From Octopus bimaculoides (taxonomy: Eukaryota), in contig NC_068983.1 of the NCBI RefSeq assembly GCF_001194135.2, forward strand, positions 166,029,402 through 166,093,401: DNA of 64,000 nt, in the 5' to 3' direction. A model generated the notes under the pieces. It saw nothing but the letters and a program-made list of their open reading frames with translations. It made no database searches and was not told where the DNA came from. The position numbers were made by a program, and so were the translations under genes. Positions within the stretch are counted from its first letter, which is position 1. Every line of letters begins with the position of its first letter. This document shows positions 55,501 to 64,000 of the stretch, piece by piece.

Positions 55501-55686
55501 CTTAGACCAAGCCAACATATTGGCTAATGAAACTCTTTTGCCAAATATTCCTTTCTTATGCCTATTAAGATGAGTCTGTGCATAGTTTTCAATATCCCTA
55601 TCGGAGGACAGCTTCTTGAGTTGATGATAATGCGTTGAATATAAGGCAGACTCCGAGGAGGAAACCGCCCCTCCTCCCCGGACCAC
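55501..55686 (-). CDS. ARHGAP39: ARHGAP39/Vilse exon, VVRGGG...DIENYAQTHLNRHKKGIFGKRVSLANMLAWSK (start of MyTH4), phase 0 to 0
   Basis: Acceptor cttgtttggcag and donor gtaaca; 62 codons. Matches recalled human [31 protein letters not shown]. Confidence 0.9.
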
Positions 55687-57935
55687 CTGCCAAACAAGAA
55701 AAGGAGAACTAATTGTTAGTATATCATGTAATAACATAGAAAAACATACATTTTTGGAATCTCATTTAAAACTTCAATAGATGTGATTTTGTTGTTACAG
55801 AAGAATAAAAAAAAAAAAAAAGTGAATTTAAAAAAAAAAGACTAAAATAGAAAACCAAATGATATTTCAGTGTTGTTGAGATGGTTAATTAATGACTTAG
55901 AGGCCACAATTACAAACACTTTTAATTAGTAAGGTGTTGTGTTCTTTAAACAAAATGCATAATTGAATTTCTAATTTTGAAAAAATGAAGAATTTAGTAG
56001 AGTTACGGTCATTAGGCTGGTGTTTGAGAAATAAAGTAACAAGAAACTTTGATGCATTGTTTTTAATTGAGACTGAACCAAGAAGTTCATATCATATAAT
56101 AAAGGATGGTCTCACATTGGCTGGTATCAATAGGGCTAACTTGCCAAATAATCTAAAGCAATGTTACTTCTAAGAACATTCAATAGTATTTATTTGCTCC
56201 AAAACTTCACAGAATTATATCAATTTATAGATCCATCCCCTCATTAGGGTTATAAGAAGGACAGCCCCTGAGGACTGAGAGCTAATGGAAATACACTTAA
56301 CCACAAAATCTTTCATAAGTTAGTATTTGTTTTACAATTATCCAACAACATTTCTTAAAAAACAAATGAAAATGAATAAGTCTGTTGGATATCATTCATT
56401 ATCAGCTGAAAATTTCATATGTGTTTTATTGGCTCAACTTGGCAGCAATGAATTACATAGCATTGAATAACAGTCATAGAGTCAAACAAGTTAACCTAGA
56501 TTCTACATTAGCATTCTCTGTAGATATCCACCTCATCATTCTCCCACGATAATTGTCTACACTGGAATGGTTACAGCAGTAAAATAAATTAGAGCTGAAA
56601 AGCATTTCGCAGCTGAAGCAGCATTTTTTTCAACAAATATCTAACTCTAGTTCTTCCTTCACAGCTGTAATTTCAATCCGACTTATAATGTTGTTCTTCT
56701 GTCCCAGATAATGTTTACCACTCAGCACATGAATGAAGAATTTCAATTGGCTTTCAAGAGAGAATTCTTTACACTTATTTACTAAATAAAGAACATGTGT
56801 CATATGTTGTGTAACTAAAATGTAAGAGAAAGAGCACCATTTATGAAACAGACACCACTGAACGTTTTAAAGACCATTCTAGAAACCTCAACATAAATGT
56901 TTATAAAGAACGTTCTTATTTTTGTTCCAAATATGGACTTTAGTGAATAATTAATAATAGAGAAGTATTTCTGATGATTGCAATCAGCATTTGACTGTCA
57001 CTATAATAACAACATTTATTGAAAAATAAAAAATGAACCAAACTATGAGGATTTACTACAAATACATCTTGCAAACATATTGATCTCCAAGTCAGTGGAT
57101 CATACATTGTTTTAATAAATTCTTAATTCTGTGAAAATTGACTCAGAAATTAAGTCACTTGTAACCTTTTCTGGAATTTAAAAAAAAATGCCATAATATT
57201 TAACAATTTGACTGAACAAGGTAAAATCCCAGTTGTAGGGTCTAAGGGAAGTATTTGAACTTTGCGTTGCAATATAATAAAACAAGAATCATTAATGTAA
57301 TGTAAAGTATTTTGAAAAGGGGTTCATGAGATCTATTTATAATTTGGTAAACTGCACCAAAATATTAAATACGTTCTCCACGAACAGGTGTAATGTGATC
57401 CGAGTGCTACTTCAAAGCAGTAGGCCCACACACAAACAAAGGAGCAAACTAAAACAAACTAACAACCCTAAACATATTTTCTCCAACAATTAAATTCACA
57501 TGGTCTAAATATCATAGTTGTATCCTTTCAACATCCACTTTCCCATGCTCACAGGGGTCGGACAGAATTCACTGAGTCAAACTTTTCTATGCTTAAATGC
57601 ATTTCCTGTTGCCAACCCTCACTTGTTTCTCAGGAAGGAAATATTTTATTATGGCCAGACACGTTTTCATGGAAGACTGAAAACAGTTTGTACGATGGTG
57701 ATACTCATTTACAACAATCATATAATGTCAAGGCAAGGGGACAGTACACACGTGCATACAATAGGCTTCTTTTGGTTTCCATCTACCAAACCCACACACA
57801 AGGCTTTGGTTGGCCCAGGGCTATAGCAGAAGACACTCACCAAAGATGCCACACAGCAGGACTGAACCTGAAACCATGTGAAGCAACCTTTTAGCCACAC
57901 AGCAATGCCTATTTTCACCTTTTATTATTGTTGAT

Positions 57936-58227
57936 ATTTACTCTTTAATGCAATAAGACTGATTGCCAACAGGTGGCGAATCATCATCATCATCGTTTAA
58001 CGTCCGCTTTCCATGCTAGCATGGGTTGGACGATTTGACTGAGGACTGGTGAAACCGGATGGCAACACCAGGTGCCAAATCAGACTGGAGCCTGGTGTTG
58101 CCATCCGGTTTCACCAGTCCTCAGTCAAATCGTCCAACCCATGCTAGCATGGAAAGCGGACGTTAAACGATGATGATGATGATTCGCCACCTGTTGGCAA
58201 TCAGTCTTATTGCATTAAAGAGTAAAT
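57936..58227. repeat. Perfect 137-bp inverted repeat with an 18-bp spacer
   Basis: 57936-58072 is the exact reverse complement of 58091-58227. Confidence 0.95.
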
Positions 58228-59576
58228 AAAAACAATTTTCTCATACAACTTGGAGTCAAACAACTTAAAAATAAAAATGTCCTTTTATAAGGGAAAAAGT
58301 TAAATTTTTTGTGGGCGTGTTTCTAGTATGAAATTGACACTTTTTTAAAGCATCAGTGGGGTGTAGGCGTAAGGAAATACAAAATCTAGGATGCTGTAAT
58401 ATATTCAAGTGAGTTTTACCATCTGCGCAACAACTACTGGTCTAATAAGCTAAAATAACAAGTTGAAGGAAAACTAAAAACGACAAACAAAACATGCAGG
58501 AAATATTTCATTTTATTTTTATAGCACTCCACCCATAAAATGGGGGAAAAACCTAGAGCAACTTTAAAGTCACTGGTTCACTCTGGCAGGCTAGACAGGC
58601 TTGTGTGTTGCTATCTTCTTGCCCAAGCATAAAACAAGGTTTGGGATATGGTATGGCACTCAAATGTCCATTGCCTACTTCAAAAATTAAAAAAAAAATG
58701 ATAGAACCCATGATTCCTTTTTAGGGAATTTTTTGACAAGGGGAGAGGAATAAATAGTATCAAAGGAAGGACAAGTTGATGGTGTACGCACTGAACTGAT
58801 TGAGACAGGAATATATTGAGGGAGAATCAGTATTCTTTGAGAGGAATAAGGTAAATATACATATGTTTCTTCTACATGGCCAGTTGACTTGCTAAGAATA
58901 GTAGCTAAATATTCTTCAAATTATGTGTGTAGCTGAGCATTTGTTTACATTTACATTCACTTCTACAAAAGCCACGATGTATAAAGCAGTGGTGTTGTTT
59001 TCACTCACCAAGAAACCATCCACTCACTTTGGAGCTAAGCGAAATAAAAGATTTCTTGAAAAAAGGTACAAGTTAAGGACAGGAAGGGCATCTAGCTATA
59101 GAACACTGCCTCAATATCATATTCATGTGAGAATGGATGAATGAGGCTTATGAGGTAGATTTGCGATGGAGTAGATTGCAATTATCTTATAATAATTCTG
59201 CTTGTCATTATGTTACTTAGCCTGTCAGTAACGCTTTCACATGATTAAGGAAAAAGAGGGAGAGAGAAGCGTCCATGATGTGAGGTAGAGGGAACATAAT
59301 TGTAACGCCTTCATGTGATTAGTTGAAGGGAAAGAGAGAACAAGAGAAAGAAAAAGGATAGAGAAAAAGAGGATAAGGCAAAGAGTGAGGCAGAAAGAGA
59401 AAGAAAAAGTGGGAGCAAGAAAAGAGAGAGAGAGAGAGAGAGAGAAGAGCCCATGACATGTGATAGGGGGAATGTAATATTTATTACATGGTCAAAAAGT
59501 TTAGTTGAAGGTAGTGATATAGAGGAGAGTTTGGAATACGATTTTAGCAGAAGGGTGATGTTCTGATGGTGAGATT

Positions 59577-59611
<35 letters not shown>

Positions 59612-59706
59612 GGTGATAGTGGTGGTGGAGGTGGCGTTGGTGAGTGCATAGTGAAAAGTAATTTTTTTTTTAATTGAACTAAGTTTTTTATATCACCTAT
59701 CAACGC

Positions 59707-59920
59707 ATGGACATCCCAAACTTGCCATTCACTTTAGAACGAAACCAGTTTCCTGTTCGCCTGTCAGATGCAATGACTATCAATAAATCACAGACATTTG
59801 ATAAACTGGGGTTGTTCTTGCCTGAACTTGTATTCGGCCATGGTCAGTTATATGTCGCATTCTCAAGGGCCCCCATATTATCTGATGTGAGAGTTAAAGT
59901 TATCAACACTGACAAAACAA
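59707..59920 (+). mobile_element. Helitron PIF1-like helicase C-terminal fragment
   Basis: [49 protein letters not shown] (helicase motifs V and VI). Confidence 0.85.
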
Positions 59921-60935
59921 GGGAAAAGAAGAGGGAGAATTTACACGGAGACCATAGTCTGCAAAGAAGGATTGAATTGAAAGGTGGACACAAATTGAAA
60001 TGTGCATTGGCTCTGACCCATCACCTTGGCTTATAAGTGATCTGGTTTTCAGAGTATGCCATATTGCATTAAATATTTACCCCCGTGAAATTGTGACCCC
60101 CTTATTTTACATATAAGATAATTTCTTTTTCTGTAAATCTTTTTTTCTAGATATGAAATTGTGACTGTGTAAATTTTAAAATGTCATTTTTTCGGTTTGT
60201 GGGAAAATCGGAAAAATAAGAGTGAATATTTATTTTATGAGTGTTGTGTATTCAGTCTATAAAATTGTGCATAAAGTATCTATATATATATGAAGTGCAT
60301 TAAGTAATTATCTTGTTCTAATTTCCTTCACTTTCCAATGAATAGCAGATGAGCAACTATCTTTTGATACAGACACAACATAGACTACACTTTCAGGCTT
60401 CTTGCATAAAGTTTTCAGCAACAACACAGGAGCTTTACTGTTAATTCCATTAAATATTCATGGCTCCTGCTGGTGTTGCTAAAATTTAGAAAAATAACAA
60501 CATATATTTATTGCAAATATACAAATGAGAAATTTGCTTTTATCTTATTTTTCTTTTGAAAATTACTATTTATCTCATTATTCTGTATAAGCACCAAGAA
60601 TTTTGATAAACGTTAAATTATAATGATTGTATGTCTGCCATCGTTTAACGTCCACTTTCCATGCTAGCATGGGTTATTTCCTGATATTACCCATGGTGGT
60701 GAAAGTATACATCCAAAATTGCCTCTCATATAACTAACGGAGGAATTTATCCTCAAACCAAAAGACCTGGTTCAAATGCCTGTATCGTTAGTGGACTCAG
60801 CTAAAGGTACACAAAGGTAGGCTGTGGTGTTAAGCTGAGCAATTGATTAAATCTACCCCTTGGGAAAAGAAATGCTTCTTCCAATAGGCTTCCATACAGT
60901 TTCCAGCTGCTAAGTTTTAATTCCTAGGTTTAGGT

Positions 60936-62458
60936 CAAGGATGGGGAACCTGCAGCCTTAAGACTGCATGCGGCCTTCTGGGTCAACAAGTGCGGACTTC
61001 TGCAGCCTTTGATGTAAATGTTAATATATATTTTTTTAAGACCTTGATTTTTTTGTCAATAGTTTTTATGCATAAATTTACAATACACACACATATATAG
61101 ATCATCATCATCATCATCATCATCGAGAGGGAAAATAACTGTGTTCAGTGATGTCACTCTTAGAAATTGGAAGCATTTTTCTAATGAATATAAACTTAAA
61201 GCAACATGGCTATAAAGACAACATTTCCTTGTCAGTCACGCCAGCCTAATGGGAGTGAGTAACCTCACGTGTGATACGTATAGAGTTCCTGTCTCGTATA
61301 CCTCTTCACTGTGGCTTGTACTAAGCACTACTCAGTGACTTCACGCATAATACATGTATAGTTTCTGTCTTGTCTACCTCCTTGCTGTGGTTTGTGTTAA
61401 GTACTACTTAGTTAACTGTAGTCGTGACTAAGTTCACAGTGACTTGTGAGATTGTAAGTGTGAGTTACTTACAGCCTCATTTGAAAGCGTACATCCATCA
61501 GTGCATGTGTTGTTTTGCAGACTTCCTTTTTATAGCTGAGACTTAATTAGTAACAATGATCAAATTCATTGCCACTCTGCTAGGCCTACTGCACACTGTT
61601 CCAGGTAAAACAGTCTTAGATAAGACAATCAATCAGCATCCAAAACCATGTTCTTGGAATCTTGGTCACGACTTTAGCAATTGTCATTGTTTTGATTGAA
61701 AACCGTCGATGTTTGACATTATTTCTATATTAATTGGGTAATGATAGATAATAGTACTAATTACAGAAAAGAATACTACAAATCTAGATGATATTTATTC
61801 TCGAATGGTAGTGACAATTGCCAAATTCAAGACCAAGAATATGGTTTTGGGTGCAGGTTTATTGTATCTTGCCTGAAATCTTTTTTCTGGGTCAGTGTGC
61901 GGCCGGCCTTACTAATTCATTATTATCCTTTTATTTGTTATCGGTATTCCAGAATAAAACCAATTTTCAACCCATAAGTATGTTAAAGGAATTGAAATGA
62001 ACGATGAAGAATGGGAATTACAATATTTTTTAGTGAATAGTGGGGGCAAAATGTCTTGTTTGCTTTGTGATACTGCAATTGTAACAGTTAAAAAATTCAA
62101 AACCTGATATCAAAATGCTTTCTCAAAGAAATCATTAAATTGAATAAAGAGTAAATACATGCGTAAAGGAAATATTTCAAAATTTCATATTCTCGGTGTT
62201 TATAAGCTTGACTTTTGTAAAAAGATTATTATTCATTTACTTATGAAAAAAAAGTTCCTACTTAAGTAAAATATTTGAAAATGTCATATTTCCAATTTTC
62301 ATTCACCTGTCTTTTTTTTTTATGAGATTACTATCAAATTACTTAACAGCCCAAGCCTAGGGATAAAATGACAAAAAAAATATTTGTTCAATGCGGCCTC
62401 TATGAGGGGCAATGAATTGTAAAGTGGCCTTCATGAACAAAAAGGTTCCCCACCCCTG
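60936..62458 (+). mobile_element. Internally deleted hAT (Buster/Charlie-like) transposon
   Basis: Ends CAAGGATGGGGAACCT / AGGTTCCCCACCCCTG. 61997-62100 encodes EWELQYFLVNSGGKMSCLLCDTAIVTVKKF. The 8-bp flanks are only partly matched (gtttaggt / tcttagac). Confidence 0.7.
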
Positions 62459-64000
62459 TCTTAGACCATATTTCTGTCCACATAAAATATTAAAAAAAGG
62501 GGTTCTTTTATAAAAACTCCTTCACCAACATGCAACAGCCATTCGCCCANNNNNNNNNNCCCTTATCTACCTGCAATCCCTCTTCTTTATTATATCACTA
62601 CTGTGTCTCACCTCGCAAAAACTATGCCTAATCAATCTGTTCCAGGACTACAGTTCTCTAGAATTCTCACACCTGTCCCCTTCCTTTTTCTTAAGGACAT
62701 AAATCTATATGAAGTTTAAACTAAATGTTGATATCACCAAAACAAATTCTTGATACATCACACCTAAATCTTGAACAAAACATGGTTAATACTGTGCTTT
62801 CTTATATCGAAATTACTTGGAAACATTTACAAAATTTTAAATGTGATCTCTATGTGAATGCTTGGATACACAATTTGCTTTTTCTGGCATTTGTTCAGCT
62901 ACTAATATCAACTTTTAGCAGAACAAACCATGGCAAATAAATAAAAAAAATTAATGACAAAATCCAAGATACATCAATAGTGAAAAACTGAACCTTTCAA
63001 CGAAAGCCCTAAATATCTGCCAGTCTGCTTATTGCCAAAAAAAATATTATTTTAAAATATCTAAGATTATGTTATGTCCATGAAGTGCTTATATCAAAGA
63101 TTCCCTTGATTAAAATTATAATCACAGGAAACAGAACAACAAAATCTGAAGATATTTAGAGAGAAAAGAATCAAATGAAATATGGAAGTGTTTTATTTTT
63201 TCATGTCAAACTAGGGTACCAGTTAATTGCATACACTGAGTTTTATTACAACTCAGAAAGCTTTCTGTAATAGCAGTAAATGTATCATTCCATGATTGCT
63301 ATAGATCAGAGAAGGCAAGAAGGCAAGTTTCATTTAAGCATGCGACTGGTGAATAAACGTCATTGATAAGGCCTAAAATGGCTGAAACATGTCTCGTGTT
63401 CCTGTGAGATACTGCTGGGATGATGGTTGCCTTGCTCTGATATATTGTGCTTTCTGCACAACATGCCTATGAAGAGATATTTCTCTCAGACCAAAATCAC
63501 AGAAAATAAGGCAATAAGTGCCAATATGATATTATTATCCATTTAACTCACCAAAACTGTGCCTAAGGTTCAATAAAAAAAATTATTCTGAAAAGTGAGT
63601 CACTTCCATTATATAAGTGATGCATTAGCTAATTCAAACAAAAAAATAAAATTATAAAAAAAATTAATGAAGTGACACTTGACTGAATAAAAAAAAAAGA
63701 AACTTTAATTAATGTCAATAATGTTGTAATTTATTCAAATTAGAACAAATTCATATTGTCAGTTAATTGTGAGAATGTCGTAACAGAAAAATCATCAGGC
63801 CTTATAGAAGATCTTTTTTTTTTTTTTACAAATGGTAATCAGCAGAACTGGAACAGAAGGTATAATGCCAGAGGCCATCTTGATAGTTGTGTCAGATGAA
63901 CCTAGTGTGAATGTATTTAGCACAGTTATAGGACCATCTGAGCAATGGGAGTTAATCTAAGTAGAATATTAACCAGGGTGGTTATGTAGTTAAGAAAGTC

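Noticed and set aside
57370-57410. Possible upstream ARHGAP39 mini-exon
   Set aside because: There is no recognisable homology and the splice sites are weak. The upstream exons probably lie beyond the window.

Overview
AT-rich, microsatellite-dense animal genomic DNA with eight N-gaps. The repeat families suggest a coleoid cephalopod, probably Octopus (inference). The window holds the 3' ends of two convergent spliced genes, reconstructed by hand from splice sites and reading phase. On the + strand, nine coding exons (1903-23352) encode the C-terminus of an HPS3-like protein (BLOC-2 subunit). On the - strand, eight coding exons (55686-40652) encode the MyTH4 and RhoGAP domains of ARHGAP39/Vilse. 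One ARHGAP39 intron (50394-51298) is a textbook U12-type AT-AC minor intron. The rest is mostly transposon debris: a full-length but inactivated Himar1-like mariner, RTE LINE fragments with about 20 copies of their 3' tail, Tx1- and CRE-type LINE remnants, Penelope-like elements, a Helitron helicase fragment, Helentron-associated elements, a hAT derivative, a tiny piggyBac derivative and several tRNA-derived SINE families. The most notable items are the U12 intron, a Penelope element with inverted pseudo-LTRs each carrying a minimal hammerhead ribozyme, a cluster of long inverted repeats in the last HPS3 intron, a perfect 137-bp palindrome, and a (CA)17 tract directly abutting an essential splice acceptor. 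No CRISPR array, rRNA or true tRNA gene was seen. Family assignments rest on remembered motifs, not on database searches.
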